Source: Macrostomum lignano | Taxonomy: Eukaryota | Assembly: GCA_002269645.1 (NCBI GenBank) | Contig: NIVC01002219.1 | Coordinates: forward strand, 62,001-126,000 | Reading direction: 5' to 3' | DNA: 64,000 bases | The notes under the pieces: model-generated | Told to the model about the DNA's origin: nothing | What the model saw: the letters and a program-made list of their open reading frames with translations, nothing else | The model's database searches: none | Translations under genes and position numbers: made by a program | In this document: positions 1 to 11,776 of the stretch, piece by piece | How positions within the stretch are numbered: position 1 is the first letter of the stretch | Layout: each line of letters begins with the position of its first letter

Positions 1-967
1 GTCCATATGACTAGGTACAATTCCACGCGCTTGTCTGCCTGCGCAGGGGAGTCGGCGGAATGGGAAAATGCAAGCACCCTGCTTCTAATAAAAAGCGGCC
101 GTCGATCAGGGAGATTTTTTCTTTGGCAAAGCGATTTACTTCATAGAGCACTTCATAGCTTGTTTGATTACTACCAAGAAGATATATAGTTCGTCTTTTC
201 TGCATTGGTAAACATTTCTGCAGAGCGTCGCTTTTGTGAAATGAAATCACACTACTGCCATAAGCATGCAGACTTTGCAGCGCTTATCTCGAACCTGACA
301 CGCAGCCGATTCAAGAAATTTTATTCTTTTCTTTGTTGCCTCCCAAGCAGATTGCTAGTTTAAAACTAAAAACTGAAAACTTTCTATCTTACTAATGCAA
401 GGTCGGCCAACTCCGGGCTGCAAAGCTTCTCTATATCCGGCCCTCGGCTCTTTGAAATTTCACAATAGCAATCCGGCCCGGTTCTCTGTCTTCTTTTCTT
501 TGTTTTCCTATTTCCTCTTCTGCTTCTTCTGTTTCTGTTGTCGGGGATCCACAGTGAGAAATATGAGCTAAATGCTATTCACCATGCTGTTTGAAGATGT
601 CCCAGGCTACATCGAGAGTTTTACTTGGATCTTAGTGACATAACGGGGCGATATTTGGTTGAAAGTACATGCACGGATCTAAGGACGCTCTAGCTGGGAC
701 CAATTTGACCCTATCTGATATCAGATGCATGTACTTTTGAAGCTGACTTGTGTATGCATTTCTGAAATGAAATCTACAGAGCACGACTCTCCGAAACTGA
801 AATCTCCGGAACTGGAAGCATAAAGCCAAAAATCATACATCCATGCTACCACGGAGGCACGGCTTTCAGAGCACGGAAGATAAACATGGCTTGTTCGAAT
901 TAAACTCACTTATTAGATGATGCTCGAGTAGTGGCTGTTTCAGACGTTTTTGTTATCCACAAAGTAC

Positions 968-1167
968 TCATACTGAGCGGCCGTGGCCAGATAGCAAGTG
1001 CCGTCTCGCTTGAACACGGCGGTGCAGTTGGGTCGCACTGCGCACTCCACCGAGCAGGCGCGAGGGTCTCGAACCCCGTTGACCTGCGACAGGCCGGTCA
1101 CGTTTCCGGGGCAACCGGAGCCGACGCAGAGTCGGTAGGAGACGCTGGCCTGCGACGATGGCTTCAT
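968..1167 (-). pseudogene. Truncated or diverged PAN/apple-domain gene copy (family of 20886-21550)
   Basis: Minus-strand GCPGNVTGLSQVNGVRDPRACSVECAVRPNCTAVFKRDGTCYLATAAQYE is nearly identical to the paralogs. The Leu-rich signal peptide is missing and homology stops after ...AQYE. Could be an isolated internal exon. Confidence 0.65.
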
Positions 1168-2143
1168 GCCAGTACAAGTAGTTAAGCAATTTTTTGATAC
1201 TTAACGTTATTGAACGGAAAAACGTATTATGAATTATTTTCTTCCGAAAGGTAATTCAGACTTTGCCTTTAAAACAAGCTTACTAAAGCGAGTTGTATCA
1301 AATATTCGACAGGTCGAAATGTCATGTTAGTTTTTTGAGCTCCCTAAATGTAGCCCAATCTTGGTAAAACAAAATCATGTCATCCACTTTTCCGTACAGC
1401 AACCTGACGACATTGACGTCGATGAAAAATATGTACTCTTACATTACATCGACGGATAGCAACATCACACGTCATACGATAGAAATTTTCTTCTAGCAGC
1501 TTTTTGTCAATGGTTTGGCAAAGCAAATGAGGAATCATCACAAAAAGAAAGTTTATGCAATTCTGAGATTTCGCCAAAAATAAAATTTCTACTAGCTTGT
1601 ATTTTTCTTTTAAAACAATCTATGTCAATTTCTGCTTCTGTTGCTGTTACTTGCTTACACATTGAAACCAAATCAGGGGCACGAAATTCTTGCAAAAAAG
1701 TTGTTTGTTAGTTTCAAGAGCAAGTCTCCAAATTTCCAAGTTTTTGTTGCTAGGGTATTGGCTTTGTTTTAATGCTTTTATCTGTAAGCAAGTGGAAACA
1801 ATGGAAACCCAATGTATGTTTGCAAATTGACATGCGCCACTGGTCACGCCTCTCTAAGCAAGCAGAAAATGATGCGCTCCAATCCTACAGTGTGACAGTT
1901 GTGACAATGCTGCACAGGCACATAGCAGCATCCGTGAACAAAAATACATTTCGAAGCTTAGAGAGGAATGCCTGACAACGCTGCAAACAAGTTTCGCTCA
2001 ACCTGAACGTTGCAGCAAGCTTTAAATTCTCGCTACTACCATCGGCCGAAAGTCGCTCATTCAATCTGTAAGGTTCGACATGCAGTTTATCCCGATTAAC
2101 TAATGCACTAGATCCAGTTAAAGAAAAATAATCTTACACATAC

Positions 2144-2419
2144 ATGAATCGTTACGGTATGCTTGGTCGGGCCTGCTGCCTGCTCAGCCTGCTGTCCGTC
2201 GTGTCCGGCGTCTGCGTCCGCTTTCGCGTCGTCTGCGGTTGCCCCGGAAACGTGACCGACCTGTTTCGGGTTAACGGAGTTCGAGACCCTCGCGTCTGCT
2301 CTGTGGAGTGCGCAGTGCGACCCAACTGCACCGCCGTGTTCAAGCGAGACGGCACTTGCTATCCGGCCACTGCCGCTCAGTATGAGGCGCTGTGGAGACC
2401 CCTGGACTGCATCAGCGAG
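2144..2419 (+). CDS. Exon 1 of a PAN-family gene (signal peptide + PAN domain); second exon not found, so possibly a pseudogene
   Basis: MNRYGMLGRACCLLSLLSVVSG signal, C-x3-C-x5-C-x9-C PAN core, phase-0 donor GAG|GTCAGT at 2419/2420 as in the paralogs. No Cys-rich exon 2 is visible before 5047. Confidence 0.7.
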
Positions 2420-2493
2420 GTCAGTCGGTATCTCTTGCCTTGTGATTCAATTGTTTTTGGATAATTTTTGCAGCAAAAAAGCTGCAAATATAC

Positions 2494-3090
<597 letters not shown>

Positions 3091-3649
3091 AGTATGCTTA
3101 GGTCCATATTAAATATATACTTAAAATGTTCGAATTTAAATTGACGCGAAAAAAATTTACGTTTTTGAATAAAAAATTAGACGAATTGAAAATTGGTAGA
3201 TTTTTCTTTTTTTCTTTTTTAAACCCCTTAAAGCCGATTTTTAATATCTTAATATCAATCGATATTATAAAACCAGGTAATTATGCAGCCAGGACGTTCC
3301 GTCTCAAGGCAGAATGTCAGAACAAATTTTCTGTTGCTACCGAAGTTGAATTTTATCATCTGAAGCGAAAATCTTAAATAATTCTGTTTGGATTCCCAAA
3401 AATTATAGTTATGGCTCTAGGGAAGAGCTTTAGTTAGGGTTAGGGAGATGCCAGGGCTCGTGGGGCAGTTGCTGAGATGCTAATGCCAATAAATAGATCG
3501 ATTCGATGAGAGCTAGCCTAGATGTGGCAAGGCTGAACTGCTAATGCAGCGACATAGGTTCAAATTTTGAGTGCAATGTTTCTATTTAAAGCTTTTATAA
3601 TGTGACGAAAACTCCAGGAAAGAAAAAGCATAAAAGAAGCGTAGAAACG

Positions 3650-4470
3650 TCACCTCGAACATAAAAGAAGCGTCATGTCCAGCATAAAAGAAACTTAGAA
3701 GCGTCACGTCGAACATAAAAGAAGCGTCACGTCGAACATAAAAGAAGCGTCACGTCGAACATAAAAGAAGCGTCATGTCCAACATAAAAGAAGCGTCATG
3801 TCCAACATAAAAGAAGCGTCATGTCCAACATAAAAGAAGCGTCATGTCCAACATAAAAGAAGCGTCACGTCGAACATAAAAGAAGCGCCACGTCGAACAT
3901 AAAAGAAGCGCCACGTCGAACATAAAAGAAGCGCCACGTCGAACATAAAAGAAGCGTCACGTCGAACATAAAAGAAGCGCCACGTCGAACATAAAAGAAG
4001 CGCCACGTCGAACATAAAAGAAGCGTCACGTCGAACATAAAAGAAGCGTCACGTCGAACATAAAAGAAGCGCCACGTCGAACATAAAAGAAGCGTCACGT
4101 CGAACATAAAAGAAGCGCCACGTCGAACATAAAAGAAGCGCCACGTCGAACATAAAAGAAGCGCCACGTCGAACATAAAAGAAGCGCCACGTCGAACATA
4201 AAAGAAGCGCCACGTCGAACATAAAAGAAGCGCCACGTCGAACATAAAAGAAGCGTCACGTCGAACACAAAAGAAGCGCCACGTCGAACATAAAAGAAGC
4301 GTCACGTCGAACATAAAAGAAGCGTCACGTCGAACATAAAAGAAGCGTCACGTCGAACATAAAAGACGCGCCACGTCGAACATAAAAGAAGCGTCACGTC
4401 GAACATAAAAGACGCGTCACGTCGAACATAAAAGAAGCGTCACGTCAAATCTAAAAGAAGCGTCACCTCA
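3650..4470. repeat. 23-bp minisatellite (AAAAGAAGCGCCACGTCGAACAT and variants), roughly 35 copies
   Basis: Period 23 (e.g. 3901 to 3924), with CCAC/TCAC and ATGTCC variants. Confidence 0.97.
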
Positions 4471-6451
4471 AACATCAAAGAAACGCCATACCAATGCTCA
4501 CTCGGGAGATGCTGAGATGCTAGTGAGTGACTTAACGATGCGAAGCTTTTAGCAGGTAAAACTTTTTCACCCAACACATTTCTTCCTTCTTTGCAGTTAA
4601 ATCCCAGAACGGAGACCAAGAAAGCTATGATAGTATACTAAATGGATGTGTGAACAATGTTTGAAGTTTTAAAGCATTTTTGTCAAAGATGAAGTAAAAA
4701 TCTTTTAAATATAAACTCTGAGTAAATAGAGGCAGCAATGTCTTTGATCTCAGGAGAAAGCTCCGAAACAAAGGAACTCAAGCAAAGAAGCCCGCCCCAG
4801 ACTTATCGACTACAATGAAGCGCATGAGAGCCAAGAAGACTTGCTATCTACGATTGGCTGCGATCCCGCCTTTCACAGACTTTCTCCCCCTGTCCCAATG
4901 GAATTGCCATCCGACAGCAGCTCATAAAAAACCCGGTTGCAACCCGGTTGCCAAATCACTGCAGAAGAATTTATAAAGTGTATCATCCTACAATTAGAAA
5001 CACAAGAAATTGAAAGTTAAAATAATCTTACTAGCTCTGCAGTGCCATGGCTGAGCAATGCTTGTCATTAAAACTTGCTTTTCTATTCGGTAAGTGACTA
5101 AAATGCAGCTCCCACATTACTCGTATTTAAGACTGCCTAAATTGAAGCTTTTTACTGCACTCTGTTCTATACTGACTTCATTGCCCAAACGCAGTTTGCT
5201 GCTCTCTCGTGCTTCGAGTACAAGGCGACAGTTCGCGGACCTATTCTGTGTGCTCAGAGCAGTTGCTTCACATGCTCAAAGCCGTTCTGAACGCCTACAA
5301 CAACTTCACGACAACAACCAAGGCCACTAATGCAATTGACTGTCTAGCAAAGTGCCAGAGGGTGAGCTGCAGCGCTGCCGTCTCGGTGGAGAGCAATGCC
5401 ACGTGCGAGATGGTCGCCATAACAACCGCCAAGCTGTCAATCTTAGCAAATCAGGTGCAGCAAGTCATCGGATCTCAGGTCGGTGCGAAGGTGTGGAAGG
5501 CGGACGACAGCGACTGGCCTCCGCCTGCAATGCAGCTTCGGAGTGAGTCATCAATGCATTGTCTCAGTGTTGAGTGGTAACCATTATTTGGCACAGACAG
5601 AAATTGCATTCACTGCAGTTTTGTAACACGCTGACGCTGCTCCATTGCAGACAGCAGCACAGGCAGAAACGGCTCAATCCAAAGCGTCCTCATCAACACG
5701 ACCGGCTGCTACCTGATCAAAGCTGCCGGCGCCAGAGGTGGCGGAAACTTACTGACGAACACATCCGGAGGCCAGGGAGCCCAGGTGAGCGCCAGAGTCA
5801 ACCTGACGGCCGGCACCCAGCTGAGCATCGTTGTGGGCCAGATGGGCGGCTCGACGTCGTTGGATATCGAAGGAGGCGGCGGAGGCGGCGGCAGCTTCGT
5901 GTACCGGACGGTCGACCGGCTGCTGCTGCTGGCTGCTGGCGGAGGCGGCGGAGCTTCCAGCATTAAAAATGGTGAGCTCAGTAGCTGCAGTTACTAGAAA
6001 TTGTAAACTATGATAAGCAAAAACCACTCGAATAAGCAGTTTGGCTGATTTCACTGCAGGACAACAGGGAGAGACTGGAATAAACGGTTCCAACAGCCTG
6101 GGTAGCCACGCCCACAACGGATTCGGCGGAACCAACGGTCAGCCGGGCTCCAACAGCCCCGCTGACACCCCAAGCAATAGCAACCATGGCGGCTGCGGCG
6201 CCGGCTGGCTCGGCAGGGCCGTCAGCCCAAGGCGGAGCTCCTCGGACGGAGAGAGAGGCGGCAGTCTGGCCGACGGCTGGGTCGGCGGCAGCGCCGGAAA
6301 CGGCAGCGTCTGCGACGGAGGCTTCGGGGGAGGCGGCGGAGGCGGCAGCAGGACCAGCTCAGTGAGAGGCGCCGCTGGAGCCGGCGGTGGCTTCAGCGGC
6401 GGCGGAGCCGGACTGGGCCACGGCCACTGCGGCGGCGGCGGTGGCTCCTTC

Positions 6452-7313
6452 TGTAGAGTGTTCTACCTCCCGTTAAAAAAGGAAAAAAGAAGATAATCGT
6501 ATAATACTACTATAAGTAAGTAAGTACACGCATGTGCGCCTAAGCTTTGAATGAATCACGCTACCAGAAAAAGATGTTACCAGAATAATACGCCATGAGC
6601 CATTTTCCCCTTTTAGCGCAACACGTGAATTGTCATGATACTATTTTGGATCAAAAACTTGTCTATAAATACAAGCGATCTGAAGCGGTACCGGAGCCAT
6701 TCTCCCCACGGAAGAGGAGCGCTCCGAAGAGGAAGCCTTAGGAGGACTTCCTGATCTACCAAGTCAATCGAGACTCGGTCGAGTTGTTGCGGTAAGCCTT
6801 CCTTATTTGCGCCCGTTGTGTTAGAGACGTCTCGCTCAAGTCTATTGAGACTTGAGTCTAATTGAGTCTGTTGAGACTCTTGAGTCTGTTTAGACTCCAT
6901 TGGTTGCAGTCTCCAGAAGGACTGCCCCTGATAGATCTTAGAGGACTATCAGTGGTTTCCGGAGCTATACCTAGAGTGCATAGAGGCACTGCTAGAAGAA
7001 GGAGGCTTAATTTAGACCGCAGTTTGGCGCAGGGTACCCATTGTTGCTACGAGGCCTCTGATTGGTCCTGACGGAAGATACCGGCCGGAAGAACTTATCG
7101 GAAGTACAAGAGGAACCAGGACCAGAGCAACTGAAGAATCAAGGCGCCTGATCTACGAGATCTACTGACAAGTTCCTAGCGAGAACTACTCAAGAAATTC
7201 AAATCCGGATTAAAGGTAATTGAATACCTTCGTTTGACTTACTGGGTTGCCTAGCTGTTGAGCTAGAAGTGATGTTCTTGATTATCGAAAGTCGGGTAAT
7301 AAGGAACACATCA
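6452..7313 (+). repeat. 5' LTR (862 bp)
   Basis: TGTAGAGTG...GGAACACATCA; direct repeat of 16191-17054; TATAAATA-like box near 6664. Confidence 0.98.
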
Positions 7314-7315
7314 AT

Positions 7316-7333
7316 TGGTGATCTCGCCCTCTC
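7316..7333 (+). promoter_or_regulatory. Putative primer-binding site (cognate tRNA not assigned)
   Basis: TGGTGATCTCGCCCTCTC starts 2 nt after the 5' LTR; TGG is complementary to the tRNA CCA end. Confidence 0.75.
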
Positions 7334-8029
7334 GGCACTACTCAAACCTTGAGCAATAGCCTGGCCAAGCTATTGTAAAGTGACGACAGAGCGACTTCAT
7401 TAATTTTGCGCGCACGTGTTAGAGTTAACACTTTTTAAGTCCGTTACGTTTTGAAACTCGAGTAAAATTTGGTGTACAGGTTTGAGCACCTGTCAAATTT
7501 GAGTACAGTTTGAGCACGCGTGTTAAAATTTTGTTTTGACGAGCTCGAGCAAGTGTGAGTTTAAAACAAAACCGAAATTAACTTCGTCGGTACACTGAAA
7601 ACAAACCAAAAATAAAAAGAATCGTCGACGCAAAACAAACAAAAAATAACTGAAACATTTTGCCGGCACAAAAACTAAAACAAAACCGAAATTAATTGAA
7701 ACTTCGTGGAGAGCAGAGTTAATTGACAAAAGAGAGAGAGTCAAAGAAGAGAAGAAAGACTTTGCAAAGCAAGAAGACAAGTCCACTTCAACTTGAAGAT
7801 ACACTTTGCGGGACGCCGCATAAGTGCGAAATCAGCAAGCGAACAGAACAAGTTCATTTGAGGACAACCAGTGGCAGCAAGCCACACCGCATCCGAGGCC
7901 AGCGAATAACAAATCGACACCACAAGGCAATTCGTTACAGTCGAGGTTTATTCCGAGGCAAACACCACACTGGACGATCCGTTACAAATCGATCCAGATC
8001 TTGAACTACCGTTCTACCCTATCAACAAC

Positions 8030-11029
8030 ATGGCGCGGCGCAATCCAACGGTACACAGAGACATCAAAGAAACGGTCGGTACTTTCTCGATGGAGAAAGA
8101 TTTTAACACATTTGTCGACCATTTTGACCTGGTATGTAGGGAATACAACCTACAAAATCCAGAGAAGGCACAGCTGCTGCCACCTCTTCTCCAAGGTACT
8201 GCGCGAGAAATTTACGGCAAGCTGGATGCGGCAACACAGCAAAATTATCCAGCACTAATCATTCAACTGCGCGCGCATTTCAACCGTTGCGGCACAAACA
8301 GATCAGTGCTGCTGCACAAGTTGCATAACAGAAGGATGCAAGCAACAGAATCCTTCCTCGCCTTTGTGGACGATATCCGCCAGATAATTAAGGCACTGCA
8401 TCAGCCACCGCTGCAAGCTGCGGACCAACCACCACTGGGAGCGGCAGAATTGGCCGCCAGAGAAAGACAACGATTGATGGATCGTGAACAAAACCTCATC
8501 CTGCACGTAATAAACAACGCACAGCCGTCACTTCGGGATAGACTTTTGCGTGAAAATATCGAAACCGAAGAAGACCTTTTGCGTTGCGGAATGCAATGGG
8601 AAGCCAGTGCCCCATTAATGACGACAGGCAACAATGAAGTGCAGAAACTGACGCAGCAACTAAACAAGTTAATGCAGCACCAGACAGCTGCTATCGCCGA
8701 ACAAAAAAGACGAAATGAACAAGCCTCAGCCAGATGTTACTACTGCGGACAAGAAGGACATTATCAGATTAATTGTCCTCATTGGTCAACAAGATACGAC
8801 AAGCCGCGACAGATATTCAACAATCAGAAGCCGCAGAAACCATGGCAGCAATATCAAAATCGCCAACAACAAGGCATAAGACGCTTCGGAAATGATAGAC
8901 GCTTCGGAAATAATGACCGCTCCGGAAATGATGGCCGCTTCGGAAACGAAGGCCGCTTCAGAAGTAATGGCTACAGGCCACGCAACGTCAGATACACACA
9001 AAGACAGCCGACGCAAGCAATGCCACGATACGCGAATGCCATCACGTACACACCGGAAAATGAACAGCAAGAACAGCAAGTGTTCACAATTGACGACTTG
9101 GAAATGGACTTCACAGTCCCGGAACTTGACATCAGCTTGATCGAAAAGAAGACGACGCACGAGGACAACACTGACAACACGAAAGAGACGAATGAAACCG
9201 AAATGATCAAATTAAAAGAGACCACCGGAGACAGCAGAGAAAACAGGAAGAAAGTAAATCACAAGACAAGGGAGGAGGCGGAGAGCGACATCGGCAACGA
9301 AGAAAAGATGAAAACCGGCGAAGAAAACAACTATGAATCGACAACAGTGGATGACGACAAAACGAGCATGAAAGACAAAGAAATGAAAGAAGAAGAAGAA
9401 TGTAGAAGTTACGGCAACGACCACGACTGCGAGGTGCGTGATGACACGAACGACTACCAAGCCGAAAGAGGAATGCAGGAAGAACCGAGAGCGGAGAATC
9501 TAAGTTCCGACAGCGATCAAGGCTACGAAATACAATGGAAAGATGAAGAAATGGAAAAAGAACAGGTGAAAGAAAAGCCGAGTTCCGACAGCGACGAATG
9601 CTACGAGATCCGATACAAACGAAATGGTGAAGCCTATATTCAAACGGTCGACTACAAGACAGAGAAAAGATACCAAACGCAATGGAGTGAAACAACGGAA
9701 ACATCGGAAGAAGCCGCAGACGAAGATAATGAAATAACCAAAAAGCAAAGCGAATCAGAAGCCTTCCGCCTGGATCAGCCAATGGAACAACCGAAAGAAT
9801 ATGATGCGGACATGGAAGATAACGAATGGCGATCGCAGCCAATGCCAGCAAGGACAACGGCAAAATCCAAGAAGTGGAAAAACTGGCTATTCTGGATCAT
9901 CGTGATACTACTGATAGCAGTAGTCGCCAAAGCAACGGCAACGGAAAAGCCAATGATTTGTCCAACGGATGCGCATATCCAACCGATGATCTACAAGATA
10001 CCAACCGACATCAAATGCAGTTACTTCAAGACAAACCAGACAAAACCAAAGAAGATTACACTCGATCTCTACAAGGCTAACATCAAGAAGCATCGACAAC
10101 ACGGGATAGTATGCTTCAGAGACAAGCACCTGGTGGAAAAAGTTTGGCGCGGACAATGGAACCGGATCCGATTTAAACAACATGAGCTACATGTGTCGCA
10201 CGCGGAATGCCTACAATGGAATCAAACACTATTTTCAAAGGATGGTGAACTGGAACCAGATGAGAAGGTCGGCAACGCACAGCTGTTCAGAACAAAGAAT
10301 TCAGCCAACGGTCGATATATTCACTTCTTCGGAAAATGGAAAGAATATATGGCACGCAACAGCTACTTGATCAGAAATATTCCATTCTACTACAATCCGT
10401 ACGAGAAAATGGAATCGTTACAGCTGCAACTAAGCGAATGTCGATACAGTGAAGGATGGTGTCCAACGCCGATTCTACGGAAGGAAGAACTACACAGTCT
10501 ACCACTGAGTCCAACATATCATCAAGACTATCGATGGCAGATTGAGCACAGAGCACAATCACACTATGAGGAACCGTACAAATCACGACAATATTTCTTC
10601 GCATGGAAAGTAGAGCCGGAAATTGACTGCAAGCTTCAAAAGTATCACAAAGTGGAAGGAGGACTACTGTCGAATACGTTTTTGGCAAAAGCAGGAGACT
10701 TGGCCTTGACGTTTCAAAAGAAGCCGGTTGAACAGGAACTCAAATGCAAGGATACGGACAAGACGCTATTCATCTCGGAGCAAGAAATACCAGTCTACGT
10801 GAAGGATGGTGACAAACAAACCTTCCTGGCAATCATAAACGGAACATATCAGCAACAAGAGAGACAACGACGCGACATAGAACGTCCACGATTGGTGTCA
10901 AACCGACTGCTGTCAGCAAAGATCACGGCGCTGGATCACAACCTGCATAACCAGCTTAACCACTTACATCGGTCACTGGTTCAGCTGACTTGCAAAATGC
11001 ACGCAATCAACTTGAACTACGCAAGTTAG
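8030..11029 (+). CDS. gag: Gag fused in frame to an internal signal peptide and the N-terminal part of an Env-like ectodomain
   Basis: Capsid-like N-terminus; CX2CX4HX4C knuckle CYYCGQEGHYQINC (8735-8776); acidic spacer; hydrophobic WLFWIIVILLIAVVAKA (about 9884-9933); Cys-containing ectodomain with N-x-T sequons and furin site RQRR (10862-10873). Confidence 0.9.
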   Translation: MARRNPTVHRDIKETVGTFSMEKDFNTFVDHFDLVCREYNLQNPEKAQLLPPLLQGTAREIYGKLDAATQQNYPALIIQLRAHFNRCGTNRSVLLHKLHNRRMQATESFLAFVDDIRQIIKALHQPPLQAADQPPLGAAELAARERQRLMDREQNLILHVINNAQPSLRDRLLRENIETEEDLLRCGMQWEASAPLMTTGNNEVQKLTQQLNKLMQHQTAAIAEQKRRNEQASARCYYCGQEGHYQINCPHWSTRYDKPRQIFNNQKPQKPWQQYQNRQQQGIRRFGNDRRFGNNDRSGNDGRFGNEGRFRSNGYRPRNVRYTQRQPTQAMPRYANAITYTPENEQQEQQVFTIDDLEMDFTVPELDISLIEKKTTHEDNTDNTKETNETEMIKLKETTGDSRENRKKVNHKTREEAESDIGNEEKMKTGEENNYESTTVDDDKTSMKDKEMKEEEECRSYGNDHDCEVRDDTNDYQAERGMQEEPRAENLSSDSDQGYEIQWKDEEMEKEQVKEKPSSDSDECYEIRYKRNGEAYIQTVDYKTEKRYQTQWSETTETSEEAADEDNEITKKQSESEAFRLDQPMEQPKEYDADMEDNEWRSQPMPARTTAKSKKWKNWLFWIIVILLIAVVAKATATEKPMICPTDAHIQPMIYKIPTDIKCSYFKTNQTKPKKITLDLYKANIKKHRQHGIVCFRDKHLVEKVWRGQWNRIRFKQHELHVSHAECLQWNQTLFSKDGELEPDEKVGNAQLFRTKNSANGRYIHFFGKWKEYMARNSYLIRNIPFYYNPYEKMESLQLQLSECRYSEGWCPTPILRKEELHSLPLSPTYHQDYRWQIEHRAQSHYEEPYKSRQYFFAWKVEPEIDCKLQKYHKVEGGLLSNTFLAKAGDLALTFQKKPVEQELKCKDTDKTLFISEQEIPVYVKDGDKQTFLAIINGTYQQQERQRRDIERPRLVSNRLLSAKITALDHNLHNQLNHLHRSLVQLTCKMHAINLNYAS

Positions 11030-11776
11030 AACTACTATGTCAACCCTACGATGACATTTCGCAAGAACACGGGAATGAGAGAAGTTCTAGCAATTCCGAT
11101 ATATGGACATCTCCTGATATACAAGTGCACGCCGATACAGCACTTCAACATCTTACCGTCGAACACTCCAACAACTTGCTACGACAAGCCGAGAATTGAA
11201 GCATTCTACGAAGGCAAAAGGATACAAGGATTCTTGGACACGGTACACAACATCATCGTTGGAACCGCAATACCAAGAACTTGCACCACTGCAGCAAACT
11301 ACTATCAACTGGACGATGCACTACATGTCATTAAAACGACAGGAACAACGGCAAACATCACAGAACCAGAGGTGATTGTCGATGAAACGTACGACATGGA
11401 GGATTTGAAGATACGATTCAACAGAACGAAGTACACACCATTCGCCGATATCCAACTCGATGAGATAACGCCAGGATGGACCATCAACGACTTCTTACAA
11501 GCGTTCATCACTCAACGAAAGATGATTCGTCAACTCTTCACACGAAAGAATAAAGGAACGGGAACACGCAATTTCCCAGTCCTTGTATCGATGGACAACG
11601 CCATCCAATCGTTTTGGACAAACAGCTTCTTGGAACTGCTTAACGGAAGAGGCAGCCTATATCAAGGCTTCATCTTCTACAGCGCCTGCGTTGTTTGGAT
11701 AGTCACGGCGATCTTTATCATCTCGTCGATAGTACGATGCTTCAGCAACACTTGTCCACAGCGAAACGAACAGTGA
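11030..11776 (+). CDS. env: C-terminal part of the Env-like glycoprotein (same frame as gag, after one TAG), with transmembrane helix
   Basis: In-frame continuation NYYVNPTMTFRKNTGMREVLAIPIYGHLLIYKCTPI; sequons NIT and NRT; TM GFIFYSACVVWIVTAIFIISSIV (about 11666-11734); short tail ending TGA at 11774-11776. Confidence 0.8.
   Translation, partial: NYYVNPTMTFRKNTGMREVLAIPIYGHLLIYKCTPIQHFNILPSNTPTTCYDKPRIEAFYEGKRIQGFLDTVHNIIVGTAIPRTCTTAANYYQLDDALHVIKTTGTTANITEPEVIVDETYDMEDLKIRFNRTKYTPFADIQLDEITPGWTINDFLQAFITQRKMIRQLFTRKNKGTGTRNFPVLVSMDNAIQSFWTNSFLELLNGRGSLYQGFIFYSACVVWIVTAIFIISSIVRCFSNTCPQRNEQ

Noticed and set aside
3865-4314. Repeat-unit ORFs (also 24214-24816, 25979-26335, 31260-31793, 47481-47981 and the GA/CT-rich ORFs near 19.3, 55 and 57 kb)
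   Set aside because: By-products of minisatellites or low-complexity DNA, with no splice or domain support.
6613-6900. 95-aa antisense ORF and 69-aa sense ORF in both LTRs
   Set aside because: No recognisable motif; their duplication only reflects LTR identity. Not excluded, but unsupported.
8240-8260. YPAL in Gag as an ALIX late domain
   Set aside because: It falls in the conserved capsid Y..L...L helix pattern, so it is more simply structural.
10990-11199. Alternative frame as a frameshift bypass of the env TAG
   Set aside because: The gB-like spacing and downstream motifs stay in the gag-env frame on both sides of the TAG, so no frame change is needed.
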